A stretch of 41,240 nt of DNA from Octopus bimaculoides (taxonomy: Eukaryota). The stretch lies in assembly GCF_001194135.2 (NCBI RefSeq), contig NC_069001.1, forward strand, positions 21,040,442-21,081,681, read 5' to 3'. The position numbers were made by a program, and so were the translations under genes. Under the pieces are notes generated by a model. It was not told the origin of the DNA. It did no database searches and saw only the letters and a list, made by a program, of their open reading frames with translations. Below are positions 1 through 12,207 of the stretch, piece after piece; positions within the stretch are counted from its first letter, which is position 1; every line of letters begins with the position of its first letter.

Positions 1-22
1 ATATATATATATATATATATAA

Positions 23-83
23 ACACTACCGCTGGACTGGCCCCCGTGCCAGTGGCACGTAAAAAGCACCCACTACACTCTCG
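23..83 (+). mobile_element. Fragment of RTE-LINE 3' UTR
   Basis: 45-83 (cgtgccagtggcacgtaaaaagcacccactacactctcgg) is nearly the reverse complement of about 2096-2134. Confidence 0.75.
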
Positions 84-1951
84 GCTGTTGCTTGCTGTGT
101 AACTATTTAACTATTGTCACTTGTAATAGAAAGTCACATACATCACTGTCACAAGTTGATGAAACACTGTCATACTGAATAAGCATGTGCCACTGCAATC
201 CAGCCCAGTTGCTAGATCGTGCTATTTACAGTATTAAGTTTTTATATATGATTTTTTTATGTCATTGCTTATTTTATTGCTAATTTTAGGTATTTAATAA
301 AATAGCCTTTATAATTGTAAAATAACATTCATCTCTCAAATCATTTGAGGCATTTAGAGTGGTAGCAATACCAGTAAGGTGAGGGAGTTAATGCATGCCA
401 ACATATTCTAGAGTTGCATTGGGACTGAATAATGAGCCTATTAAATGTCAAAATAGTCCTTATGATTTTCTTAATTATGTCAAGAAAAATGGCATCATTA
501 ATCTTCTTTTATTCATGTAGCATTTACAGTATGTTCATTTTAAGTCTAACTGCTAAAATATTAATAAAAATAAGAAATTTTGTAGCATTCAAACGGCTGC
601 TCACAATGGTCTTGAAGGCTGCAAATTCCCCACCTCTGCTCTAGATAAAGGCTCTGTAAAATATCCCCAAACAAAGTGAAAGACATTATTTAACATATAG
701 CATGGAAAAGTAAGGATACAGATACAATATAGGTAAGATAAAACAGAGTGGGCAACAAAATGAATGAAAAGATGAAATTTCCATAATGTAGAGGAAACAG
801 AATTGAACATTTGAATATTTTAGCTTTACTATAACATACAGCAATGGAAATAGACAAAACTTTATAGGTAAACAGATAAATAAATAATAATAATATGAGC
901 CTATAAAGTGAGGATTAGTTGTCATGCTATGTTGGACAAACAAAGTTGCTTATCTGTACACTTCTTCTTCATAACATGTCTGCTCCATAAGCTAAGTACA
1001 GCAAATATGAGGTATAGAGACTTAAGGGAGCCAATTTACAGGGACTGGAAGTGATATCCTTGTGCCAAAGTCAAGATTGCCACCCTTGGTCACAGGTGAC
1101 CCAGCACCATGGCTGCCCTATTCCCTAGATAAAAGCAATGTAAAATATCCACAAAGGGAAATCCCCCACCACATATATATAAATAAATGAATGGAGTTAA
1201 ACACAAGTGTTAATCAAATCATTATACTTCTGACATATTTTTCGAAGAAAACATTGGTATTATTCCATAAGGAATAAAATGATGTAAAATAATGCAATCT
1301 TCTCATCAGGGAAGAAAAGAGAAACAAAACTCATCAATAAGACATTTTAACCGAATGTGATTACTGCATATATAATGAAGGGAATGCTGGTAAATTATTT
1401 TAGTTGCCAAATGATGATTATGCACTGCTAGGCTAAGCTAAGTCTCGTTTCGATCCTTCATTCACTCATTTGCCATTAACACTTTAAATGTAATGTTTAC
1501 TATTTAAATGTACTGTTTATAAACGGCTACATTTCTCAGAAGCTAACTAATTAAATTAGGATAATTACTCGTCTCTTGACCTGTTTAATTTCACATTCCT
1601 CGTTTCTCTAGTTTAATTTCTCATCTGCCATAAACATTACGAATGTATACTATACTAAACAGTCCTGCTCCTTTCATTAGATCCTCGCACCATTTCCCCT
1701 AAACTAGCTTCCAGTTGCATCTATCTGTTTTAAAATCCCTGTCCCATGTGCTCCCTACCATTCCAAATAGTATATATAAATAGGTTAAGAAGTTCACTTT
1801 GCAAACATGAAGTCTTGGATTCACATACACAGGTAGATGATCAAATAAATATGATGGGGAAGCTGAAGAATAATCTCTATGAAAGTATTGTTACATGCCA
1901 AGTGAAAGTGAAGTGAAGCAAGCCAATAAGTAGATTATCATTTAGGCAAAT

Positions 1952-2352
1952 ATCATCATCGTTTAACGTCCGCTTTCCATGCTAGCATGGGTTGGACGAT
2001 TTGACTGAGGACTGCCAAGCCAGAAGGCTACACTAGGCTCCAATCTGATTTGGCAGAGTTCCTACAGCTGGATGCCCTTTCTAACGCCAACCACTCCGAG
2101 AGTGTAGTGGGTGCTTTTACGTGCTACCGGCACGAAGGCCAGTCAGGCGGTACTGGCAACGGCCACGCTCAAAATGGTGTATTTTACGTGCCACCTGCAC
2201 AGGAGCCAGTCCAGCGGCACTGGCAACGATCTTGCTTGAATGACTTTTCACATGCCGCCGGTACAAGTGCCAGGAATGTGAAGCTGCGGCACAAGTGCTA
2301 GGAAGGCGACGCTGGTAACAATCACGCTCGAACGGTGGTGCCATCACGATTT
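1952..2352 (-). mobile_element. RTE-LINE 3' UTR/tail, 5'-truncated
   Basis: On - it ends ...ggacgttaaacgatgatgat ((GAT)n tail) and contains ggcgttagaaagggcatccagc. It shares tggcac/gtgcca repeats with the RTE 3' regions at 4509-4700 and 8560-8760. Confidence 0.8.
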
Positions 2353-3491
2353 CGCAAATATATATAAACACACCAGTCTCTTTAATGAGGAGAAACTAAT
2401 ATTTTTACTGAATTGTTTTTTTACATGTTTTTAATGAATCTGACCCCTTAAACAATTGTAAATGGCTATTTGGGAGGTAAAAGGAGGAGGAAAGGGAGTG
2501 AGCACTTTGAATTTGCTTTACCAGTAATATATTATTTTTTGTAATTTTTTATGAGTTTTTAAGGTAGTTCACTCCCCAAAACTGTCAGAAACGACTCTAA
2601 AGAAAAAAAGTAAGGAGAAAGAACAAGGGAAGGGGATGACAGAGATTCACAAATCTGCAACTGTTTATGGTTTGACAGGAAATATTTTTTTTGCAGTTTT
2701 TTTTCTCTTTTTGTTCATGTGCTTTCTCTGAATCTGATCTACTAAACTTTCACAAACTGAAATTTTTTGGAAAATACAATTGAGAGGGGATGGTAGCTAT
2801 CAGAGTTTTCTTTGCAATAAAGTTTCATATGTTTTCAATGAATCTCGCATCTCCACACGTCAGAAACAGCTTTATGGGTGGAGTGGGTGATGGAAAGGGG
2901 AGTCGGATGAGACCATGGGAGTTTCTTGTACAATTGAAATTATTTTTCATACAATTTTTTCATGTTTTCAATAAACTTTACAATTTCACCTTCAAAACGG
3001 TTGGAAACAATTCACCTGTTTAATGAGGAAAAGACTTTTTTACTAATTTTTGTTGCTGTTTTCAGTTAATCTGACTTAAGACCATTTGAAATTATTTGTT
3101 TAGTTAATTCTACCTTTTATATAAATAGAAAACAAAGTTATTTTATTCCACTTGGGTAGAAATATAGGAAAAATAGAAGTTGAAAATGCACTAAGAACAG
3201 TTGAAATATTTTTTATTATTTATTTAAAGATTTAACTGGTTTCACAGTTTACACTGATTTTCAAAAATTTTAAGTAGAAAGACATGGCTTATGTCACAGC
3301 TGTTTTGCTTCTGACTAGTATTTGAAGCTTGCCCTATTTTTATAGGGGGTTTATGGCTCAAATTATGGTAGAGGATAGTCTCATGATTGGTCTTAGAAAT
3401 TTTTGTAGGTTCCCTGCTTTGTCTGCGTGTTAGTATCAAGTGACAATGTTTAGCATTGTAAGGTATACAATAGTTCAAACACGCATCGTAA

Positions 3492-3737
3492 GTACAAATA
3501 GGTCAAACAAAGCTTACTCTAAAAAATAGACTGACCATTCACTGACAACAAATATGTGACCCCAGTACTAGACAGATTCCACTGAGTAGACACATAGACA
3601 TATGTGCAAAAAATAAGTCCCCCTAATTCTAGGTTTTCCCACTCTACCTATGTTCTGTGAATATCACTGATAATGCGTGGATAAGCAAAAAGAATACTTT
3701 CATTCAAAAGTACAAACCCAGACTTAACAAACTTTAA
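3492..3737 (+). mobile_element. Penelope-like element, decayed GIY-YIG endonuclease C-terminus
   Basis: One frame reads QIGQTKLTLKNRLTIH*QQICDPSTRQIPLSRHIDICAKNKSP*F*VFPLY...KKNTFIQKYKPRLNKL*. This matches the YIGQT...R..VH and E..FI.KY.P.LN motifs, with 3 internal stops. Confidence 0.8.
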
Positions 3738-3941
3738 CAAAGTGCTTACACAAATAACTATTCACACACAAAACTCATTCTGCCACTTAGCATGAGGAAC
3801 CTACACATTTAACAACCAAAACTTTCACCACTGGGCTACATACAAACAACTCCTGTCTTCTCTGTCACCAGACAGATTAAATTTGGAGTGCCTTGATTGT
3901 AACTAAACATGTTCACTCAACCATGTTGACCTTCATTAAGT

Positions 3942-4502
3942 GTTGGCATGGAGAAAGCCTTCGACAGGGTCCCCTGCTCTAACTAGAGATAAATGAGTGG
4001 TTGGTGAGAGCTGTATAAGCTATGTACAGGGATGCTACCAGTAAGGTGAAGGTTGGCAATGAGTACAGCAATGAATTCAGTGTACAAGTAGAAGTTCACC
4101 AAGGACCAGTCCTTAGCCCTCTCTGGTTCATCATAATCCTCCATGCAATAGCTGAGAAATTTAAGTCAGGCTGCCCTTGAGAGCTTCTCTATGCTGATGA
4201 CCTTGTTCTTATAGCTGAATCACAATCAAAACTTGAGAAAAGATTTCAGGTGTGGAAGCAACGTCTGGAATCAAAGGGCCTTAGTGTTAACCTAGCAAAA
4301 ACCAAAGTCTTAGTAAGTAAGAAAGCATACAAATCACAAATTCCTTCAGGTAGATAGCCCTACGCAATATGTAGAAAAGACACATGTAGAAAAGGCATAT
4401 GTAGGAACTCCATAAGCTGTACCTGGTGCAAGCTATGGACACGTAAGAGGTGCAACAATATCAGAGGAAGGTTAACAGTCAAAATAGTCTTTGTGTGTGG
4501 TA
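3942..4502 (+). mobile_element. RTE-clade LINE reverse transcriptase fragment (decayed)
   Basis: MEKAFDRVP, VHQGPVLSPL, ELLYADDLVLIAES and WKQRLESKGLSVNLAKTK motifs, with stops. Confidence 0.92.
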
Positions 4503-4508
4503 CAATAA

Positions 4509-5610
4509 ACTGGCAACGATCATGCTCAGACGGAGCTGTTAGCGCTCCACTGGCACAGGTGCCAGTCATTGAATTTGATTCGATTTCGATTTCACTTGCC
4601 TCAACAGGCCTTCACAAGCAGAGTTTACTGTCCAATGAAGGAAAGATATGTATAAGTAGGCTGGTTACACCCCTGGCATAGGCCACAGGTTATGGTCTCA
4701 CTTGGCTTGCCGGGTCTTCTCACACACTGCATATTTCCAAAGGTCTCGGTCATTAGTCATTGCCTCGGTGAGGCCTAATGTTCGAAGGTTGTGCTTTACC
4801 ACCTCATCCCAGGTCTTCCTGGGTCTACTTCTTCCACAGGTTCCCTCAACTGCTAATGTGTGACACTTTTTCACAGAGCTATCCTCATCCATTCTCGCCA
4901 CATGACCATACCAGTGCAGTCGTCTCTCTTGCACATCACAAGTGACGCTTCTTAGGTCCAACTTTTCTCTCAAGGTACTTACGCTCTGTCAAGTATGCAC
5001 ACTGACATTATACATCCAGTTTCATTCCTTGCGAGCTTACACATGTCCTCAGCAGTCATGGCCCATGTTTCACTGCCATTTAGCATGGCTGTTCATACAC
5101 ATGCATCATACAGTCTACATTTTACTCTGAGTGAGAGGCTCTTTGTCATTAGCAGAGGTAAGAGCTCTCTGAACTTTGCCCAGGCTATCCTTATTCTAGC
5201 AGCTACACTTTCAGTGCACCCTCCCCTGCTACTGACTTGGTCATTTAGGTAATGGATGCTATCAACTACATCTAGTTTTTCTTCCTGGAATGTGGCGGAA
5301 GTTGTTCTCTGCATATTTTCAGTGTCTATTGCTCCTGAGCATCTGCCACATACAAAAACTATCTTCCCAGTTAGCCTTCCTTTGATATTGCTGCACCTCT
5401 TATGTGTCCATAGCTTGCACCGGGTACATCTTATAGAGTTTCTACCTACGCCTTTTCTACATATTGAGCAGGGCCATCTTCCTGAAGGGATTTGTGGTTT
5501 GTCTGCCTTCCTACTTATTAGGACTTTGGTTTTAGCTAGGTCGACTCTAAGACCCTTCGATTCTAATCCTTGCTTCCACACCTGAAACTTCTCCTCTAGT
5601 TCTTTGTGAA
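4509..5610 (-). mobile_element. RTE-clade LINE 3' part, 5'-truncated
   Basis: ORFs 5093-5581 (WKQGLESKGLRVDLAKTK...WAKFRELLPLL) and 4698-4973 (RRLHWYGHVARM...RPRKTWDEVV), followed by 3' UTR. Confidence 0.93.
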
Positions 5611-6440
5611 TATATCACAAAGAAAAAAGACATAGCACCTTGCAGCCATCAATGAAGTGGATNNNNNNNNNNNNNNNNNNNNNNNNNNNNNNNNNNNNNN
5701 GGGAATGGACTTCAATTTGTTCACAATCTTGATAACTAACCGTAGCGCATCATTCAATCTACTGTTCATATTTTTTGCCACTACATGCTGCCGGTGTGCC
5801 AAGCAATGAACAGTTAGTATCTGGTGGGAAATTTCACACTTTAGGAGAGATGAAAAACCTCTGTATCTTCCTATCATTGAAGGGGCTCCATCAGATACAC
5901 AGGGAAGAATATTACTGAGTGGGACATTATGTTCAAAAAGGAAAGACTTGAGAGTGTGAAAAATAGCTGCACCTTTTGAATCAAGTGGAAATTTCTCTGC
6001 GAACATTTCCTCACAAGGTTGAAGGTCTTTGCTGAAATACCGAACACATACCATCATCAAACATTGATTGTCCACAACAGTTATCTCATCCATTTGTACA
6101 GAAAATTCAATGATCTGATGTTTGTCATCATTGGCCATTTAATTGATGCGTCAAGAAATCATGTTATTACCAAGTGGGATCTTCTTCATAATGTTATTGG
6201 GTTTTTTGTGCATAACGGTTGACAAAACCTCTTTGATAACCAGGCGAAGTAATGTTTCTCCAATTGTGTGAGACTTCTCAGACTTAGCAAGAAGCAATGC
6301 AATGTTGTATGATGCATTCAACTTGTCATTCTCCTGCTCACTAGTTTCCTGGAGTAGCATGTTGAATGTTTGTGTTTGCTTTTTAAAAGAGGCACTCAGT
6401 TGTCATACTGAGCAACGTCGGGTGTCTCTGCTAGTTTCTT
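5611..6440 (-). mobile_element. hAT (Charlie/Buster, ZBED5/SCAND3-like) transposase remnant
   Basis: ASYNIALLLAKSEKSHTIGETL; FSVQMDEITVVDNQCLMMVCVRY; CVSDGAPSMIGRYRG; VHCLAHRQHVVAK. Split by frameshifts and a gap. Confidence 0.9.
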
Positions 6441-7201
6441 ATATTTTTTCTATTGTAAAAGTCCCAATCTATGTGACAAATGAGAAACGATAAAAAGCCC
6501 CAACAAAACTGTATAAAATAACAACTATTTTAAAATTTGTTTTAAAGATTTAGTGTGTATTAGATGCATTGATCCCCCAAAAGTATCAAAATTTATTTTT
6601 CATTTAAACTAAATTTTGACTTTATAATCAAAATAAAATAATTATTTATTTTGACAAGATTTATTATCCAAAATTATGAATAATTAAAAAAATGTTCAAA
6701 AAGATATGAAAATGCTGTAAAATCTAATAATGGAGTTGAGTAGTGAAAATTTATCGTAGCCAAATTTAGAAAATGAGAGAAAAAATTATTTAGATGATTT
6801 TAAAAACAATTATTTGTATTTGAATTGCAATGGAACAAAAAATTTTAAAGTATCTTTAAAAAATAAAAAAAATTTAGAAAAATTTGGTTTTGGTTTTAGT
6901 AATTTATTTAATTTTTCTTTTTACATAACTTTTTACATAACTGTTTAAAGAACTAGGCAAGGAAGATGATAAGTGTTATCACAAGGTTTTCCATGACAAC
7001 ATCCAAGCTGGCAATTTAATGCTTTGTCTGTTATGGTGGGATCAAGCACATCTCAGGTCTGATCTGGGAAGCAACTCATGCTTTTTAGCTTTTATATTCC
7101 GTGAGCTTGTTTGAAATACAACTATTTTATTGCCTGTAAAAAGCATTGTTTGTAAAAAGAGTGGACTCATAGGAAAATGTAGGAAAACGAAGTTTCAAGG
7201 G

Positions 7202-7315
7202 CTTGAGACTTACATTAAAGGTACATGTTTGTCTATGAGTAGGCTGTTCCATTGAACGAACCAACTGGAACACTCGGTGTCATAGCCGACAGAGAGCCAG
7301 AAATAAGATGATTAA
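7202..7315 (+). mobile_element. SINE family 3, 3' fragment
   Basis: Near-identical to about 9130-9240. Confidence 0.8.
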
Positions 7316-7585
7316 CTGAGCCTAGAAAAGTATAGGACAAAGAGTGTACTGTACTTTACCACAAGAAGTGGAAGCAACTAAAGATGGAATTTAAATTTAA
7401 ATGGTGGTGCTTCAGCATGACCACAGTCACATGACTGAAATGAGTAAAAGAATGTAAAAGAATAAAAAAATACACCTTTGGGGAAGGAGTTGGCCATCTT
7501 CAGCAGTATGTTGGAAATGTTAAAATTGCAAGACCGTTTTCTTTACTTTACAGCACCCCCCTCATGCATATATCTAAGTGAGATC

Positions 7586-7707
7586 ATACTCAATGGCTTA
7601 TACTGAGTCCAGGGATGATAAAATATATACTCAATGGCTTATACTGAGTCCAGGGATGATAAAATATATACTCAATGGCTTATACTGAGTCCAGGGATGA
7701 TAAAATA
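7586..7707. repeat. 41-bp tandem repeat x3
   Basis: Unit atactcaatggcttatactgagtccagggatgataaaatat starts at 7586, 7627 and 7668. Confidence 0.97.
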
Positions 7708-7799
7708 AAATTTTGTGTATTTTTAGCAAAAAGGTGGTTTGTTGGTCAAGCTTAATAGAAAACATGAGTGCCTGGAGAGTAAGAGTGTATGTACAAGCT

Positions 7800-7860
7800 A
7801 TATATTGTCTTACAGTACCCATATATTGTCTTACAGTACCATATATTGTCTTACAGTACC
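7800..7860. repeat. 20-21-bp tandem repeat x3
   Basis: atatattgtcttacagtacc(c) three times. Confidence 0.97.
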
Positions 7861-7987
7861 TAAGCAGCTAAAGTATGCTGCTTAGCCAATAAATAATTNN
7901 NNNNNNNNNNNNNNNNNNNNNNNNNNNNNNNNNNNNNNNNNNNNNNNNNNNNNNNNNNNNNNNNNNNNNNNNNNNNNNNNNNNNNNN

Positions 7988-8760
7988 ATTCAGAGAGCTC
8001 TTACCTCTGCTGGTGACAAAGGCAGACTGTATGACGCATGTGTATGAACAGCCATGCTACATGGCAGTGAAACATGGGCCGTGACTGCTGAGGACATGTG
8101 TAAGCTCGCAAGGAATGAAGCCAGTATGCTCCGATGGATATGTAAGGTCAGTGTGCATACACAACAGTGTGTAAGTACCTTGAGAGAAAAGTTGGACCTA
8201 AGAAGCATCAGTTGTGGTGTGCAAGAGAGACGATTGCGCTGGTATGGTCATGTGGTGAGAATGGATGAGGATAGCTGTGTGAAAAAGTGCCACACCCTAA
8301 CAGTTGAGGGAACCTGTGGGAGAGGTAGGCCCAGGAAGACCTGGGATTAGGTGGTGAGGCAAGACCTTCGAACATTGGGCCTCACCGAGGCGATGACTAC
8401 TGACCGAGACCTTTGGAAATATGCTGTGCGTGAGAAAACCCAGCAAGCCAAGTGAGACCACAATCTGAGGCATCTGCCAGCTCACTTATGCGTACCTTTC
8501 CTTCATTGGACACTAAACTCTGTTTGTCAAGACCTGTTAAGGCAAATGAAATCGATCCAAATTCGATGACTGGCACCTGTGCCATTGGAGCGCTAACAGC
8601 ACCGTTTGAGTGTGATTATTGCCAGTGCAGCTATCTGGCTTCCATGCTGGTGGCATGTAAATAGCACCATTTGAGCATTATCATTGCCAGCATCGCCTTG
8701 CTGGCACTTGAGCCAGTGGCACGTGAAGGAACATTTGAGTGAGGTCGTTGCTAGTGCCAC
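7988..8760 (+). mobile_element. RTE-clade LINE 3' part
   Basis: ORF 8054-8350 MLHGSETWAVTAEDM...RRLRWYGHVVRMDEDSCVKKC...RGRPRKTWD, then a 3' UTR homologous to 4509-4700. Confidence 0.93.
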
Positions 8761-8934
8761 TGTATTATTAGCGCTGTAAGTGTATTTGCTTATGCATGTA
8801 TATATGTGCTGTGGTGTACTGTGATGTGCTGCGCACGCATGTGTGTATCTTGCAAAAATACTTCACTGATCTCAGTTTGTCAAACTATGGCAATATCATA
8901 GATTTTAAAGTTTATATATGAATCAGGATGATGT

Positions 8935-9240
8935 GAAGGTGTGTGGCTTAGTGCTTAGAGTATTCAGCCCACAATTGTAAGATCATGAGTTTGATTCTCA
9001 GTGGTGTGTTGTATTCTTGAGCAAGACACTTTACTTCATGTTGCTCCAGTCCACTCAACTAGCAAAAATTAGTTGTACCTCTAACTCAAAAGGGCCAGCC
9101 TTTTCACATTGTGTGTCATGCTGAATCTCCTTGAGAACTACATTAAAGGTGCATGTGTGTCTATGAGTAGGCTGTTCCATTGATCGAACCAACTGGAACG
9201 CTCTGTGTCATAGTCAACAGAGAGCCAGAAATAAGATGAT
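8935..9240 (+). mobile_element. tRNA-derived SINE family 3, near full length
   Basis: A-box-like gtggcttagtgcttag, degenerate B-box gagtttgattc, central ttgagcaagacactttac...gctccagtccactca domain. Confidence 0.8.
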
Positions 9241-9419
9241 ATAACAAATTAGTAAGGTTTATAAAATCAAGTAATTTTTATTGTGTAAGAAATATGACTT
9301 CATGATGTCATCAACAAACAAAGAAAACTAATGAACAAACTTATATGTTTATAGGTGTTAAGCAATTTTTAAAAACTGATCTTAAAATTTCAAGATCATT
9401 TAATATCAACTGTTTTTGT

Positions 9420-9897
9420 TTTTCTGTCTTTTTCTCTTTCTCTTAATTGCACTTCCTTTCTCTCTCCCTCTTTCTTCTACTTTCTTTCTCTCTGTCTCTT
9501 TCTTGTACTTCCTTTCACTTTCTTGTACTTCCTTTCTCTTTCTTGTACTTCCTTTCTCTCTCTCTTTCTTGTACTTCCTTTCTCTCTCTCTTTCTTGTAC
9601 TTCCTTTCTCTCTCTCTTTCTTGTACTTCCCTTTTCTCTCTCTTTTTTGTACTTCCTTTCTATCTCTCTTTCTTGTACTTCCCTTTTCCCTCTCTTTTTG
9701 TACTTCCTTTCTATCTCTCTTTCTTGTACTTCCTTTCTCTCTCTCTTTCTTGTACTTCCTTTTTCTCTTTCTTTCTTGTACTTCCTCTCACTCTCTCTTT
9801 CTTGTACTCCCTTCCTCTCTCTCTCTCTTTCTTGTACTTCCTTCCTCTCTCTCTATTTCTTGTACTTCCTTTCTCTCTCTCTCTTTCTTGTACTTCC

Positions 9898-9962
<65 letters not shown>

Positions 9963-10220
9963 CTTGTACTTCCTTTCTCTCTCTCTCTTTCTTGTACTTC
10001 CTTCCTTCCTCTCTCTCTCTCTCTCTCTCTTGTACTTCCTTTCTCTCTCTCTCTTTCTTGTACTTCCTTTCTCTCTCTCTCTTTCTTGTACTTCCTTTCT
10101 CTCTCTTCTTGTACTTCCTCTCTCTCTCTCTCTCCTCCTTATACTTCATTTCTCTCTCTCTCTCTTTCTTGTACTTCCTTTCTCTCTCTCTTTCTTGTAC
10201 TTCATTTCTCTCTCTCTCTA
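9420..10220. repeat. Polypyrimidine minisatellite, (CT)n-ttcttgtacttcctt units of about 25 bp
   Basis: Invariant ttgtactt core separated by variable (CT)n; explains the low-complexity ORFs 9416-10303. Confidence 0.95.
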
Positions 10221-10223
10221 AAG

Positions 10224-10561
10224 CAGTGGTCCTCAACAATTTTTTACCTATAGACCCCCTTTCATTACAATTTTATTCTGGTGGACGCCACAGAGCCATT
10301 TGATGTTTAAAAACTAGTTTCATAGAAACTTCTTTCAAAATTCCTATTGTGTTTCTCACACATTAACTTGTGTAGGTTGAACTATGTAAAACGTTAGAGA
10401 AAGAAACCTGTTTCTTCTAATCAATACATCTAAAGCAAAAGTTGTTCATAGACCCTTAATATACTACTGTGGATCCCCAACTTACTATTTGGCTTGTGCG
10501 CCCCCCACCCAATCTTGTATGGACCCACAGGGGTCAAAGGACCCCTTGTTGAGAACTACTG
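10224..10561. mobile_element. hAT (Charlie-type) MITE
   Basis: TIRs cagtggtcctcaac / gttgagaactactg; 8-bp TSD ctctaaag (10216-10223) / ctctaaat (10562-10569) with central TA. Confidence 0.9.
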
Positions 10562-10672
10562 CTCTAAATAAAAGGCTCTACTATCTGTACATCATAACTA
10601 AAGATCAAAAATATACATAATTGGTCAAAGGGGAATAACTTAAATAAACCAATGGTATGTTTTATGTGCAAA

Positions 10673-10956
10673 TTCTTTTCTTTCATTCTTTTACTTGTTT
10701 CAGTCATTTGATTGCGGCCATGCTGGAGCACCACCTTAAAGGGTATTTTAGTCAAAGAAACTGACCCCAGGACTTATCCTCTGTAAGTGTAGTACATATT
10801 CTACTGGTTTCTTTTGCCAAACTACTAAGTTATGGGATGTAAACACACCAATATCGGTTGTCAAGCGATGGTGGGGGAAAGACACAGACACGAAGACACA
10901 CACACATAGATATATACATTTATATATATATGTGTGTGTGTGTGTGTGTATAAGAA

Positions 10957-11001
<45 letters not shown>

Positions 11002-11148
11002 GACAGGCTTCTTCCAGTTTTCACTTGTATGGCGTTGGTCGGTTGAGACTATTCTAGAAGACACTGACTCAAGGTGCCGCGCATGGGACTGAACCCGGAA
11101 CTATGGGCTGGAAAGCAAACTTCTTACCACACAGCCACTGCTGACCCT
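10673..11148 (-). mobile_element. tRNA-derived SINE family 1
   Basis: On -: gtggctgtgtggtaagaagtttgc...ccgggttcagtccc head, central (TG)n, tail ccagcatggccgcaatcaaatgactgaaacaagtaaaa. Confidence 0.9.
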
Positions 11149-11932
11149 ATGAACACGGCCCACTCCTAGAAAGAAAATAAAATTCAAATAACATTTGGAA
11201 GCGATTCGCAAAAAAGAGTGGGGGTTGGTGAAAGGCTTTTGTATCATCATCGTTTAATGGATTGGATGGTCTGACCAGATCTGATGGTTTTTAAGATCTG
11301 TGTTGTGCTCCAAACGTTGAATTGGAAGTAGAAAATTTAAAACATTTGCATAGAATTACAAAGTTATTTCCCTTGTAAACGCTTAGTGTTGAACATAAGA
11401 TTTAATTAAAGATTATATATTTAAAAAAAATTTGATTTTCCTCCAATGGAGCAGGAAATATCTGTATCTTATTAAAAAACAAAAACAGGAAATAACTTGG
11501 TTTATGAAGTGACAATCAATTTGTAGCGATGTTAGCTGTCAAGAACCGAATTTGAAAGGGAAAGTTTGTTGTTGGAGTTACCAATAGCATAAAGTAAGTA
11601 TATGTGTGAATGTTTGTATGCTGATATTACTTTATGCATAAATGTTTATTATATACATATATATCTGTATTAAAAAAATGTGTGTATATCTAATAAAAGC
11701 AATATTCTCAGTGGAAAAAAAGAAAAACGAATTTATAATTTGTAGATAATTATAAATAATAAACGGTTCAAGGGAAATAACTCAGTTTTTAGACTGCATA
11801 AAATGTTATCTCCCTTGTATACAAACATTTTTTTTTTTTAGTTAGTCAAATGTGGAAAAAGCAGTTCACATAGCATTTGTAAGCCCTTATGAACTGAGAA
11901 CAGTGCTATTGTTGATGTTTATTTAGTCTACG

Positions 11933-12180
11933 TGGTCCCACTGCGGGACACCTTGGGGAAGAGGCATCTATTATAGATAGCCTCGGCCTTGTGAGTGGAT
12001 TTTGTAGACGGAAACTGAAAGAAAAACACAAAGACACACACACACCCGCTTGACAACCGGTGTTGTTATGTTTGCGTCCCTGTAACATAGCAGTTCGGCA
12101 AAAGAAGTTGAGAGAATAAGAACCAGGCTTAAAAATGTACTATGGTCGATTCATTCCACTGAAATTCTTCAAGGCGGTGA
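11933..12180 (+). mobile_element. SINE family 1, partial
   Basis: gtcccactgcgggacaccttgggg...gtgagtggattttgtagacggaaactgaaag...gcagttcggcaaaag. Confidence 0.85.
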
Positions 12181-12207
12181 TTACCTATATATAATATAAA
12201 TAATAAT

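Noticed and set aside
599-665. 49-nt minus-strand exon (ttttacag ... gtgagc)
   Set aside because: Contains ctagagcagaggtggggaa, resembling a hAT MITE terminus; probably TE-derived
3942-5610. Single RTE insertion with twin-priming inversion
   Set aside because: The halves overlap in content, are about 20% divergent and meet tail-to-tail
7586-7860. CRISPR-like arrays
   Set aside because: Units are contiguous with no unique spacers; eukaryotic context
9416-10303. Long ORFs of 128-295 aa
   Set aside because: Translations of the CT-rich minisatellite (SL/FL/ER repeats)
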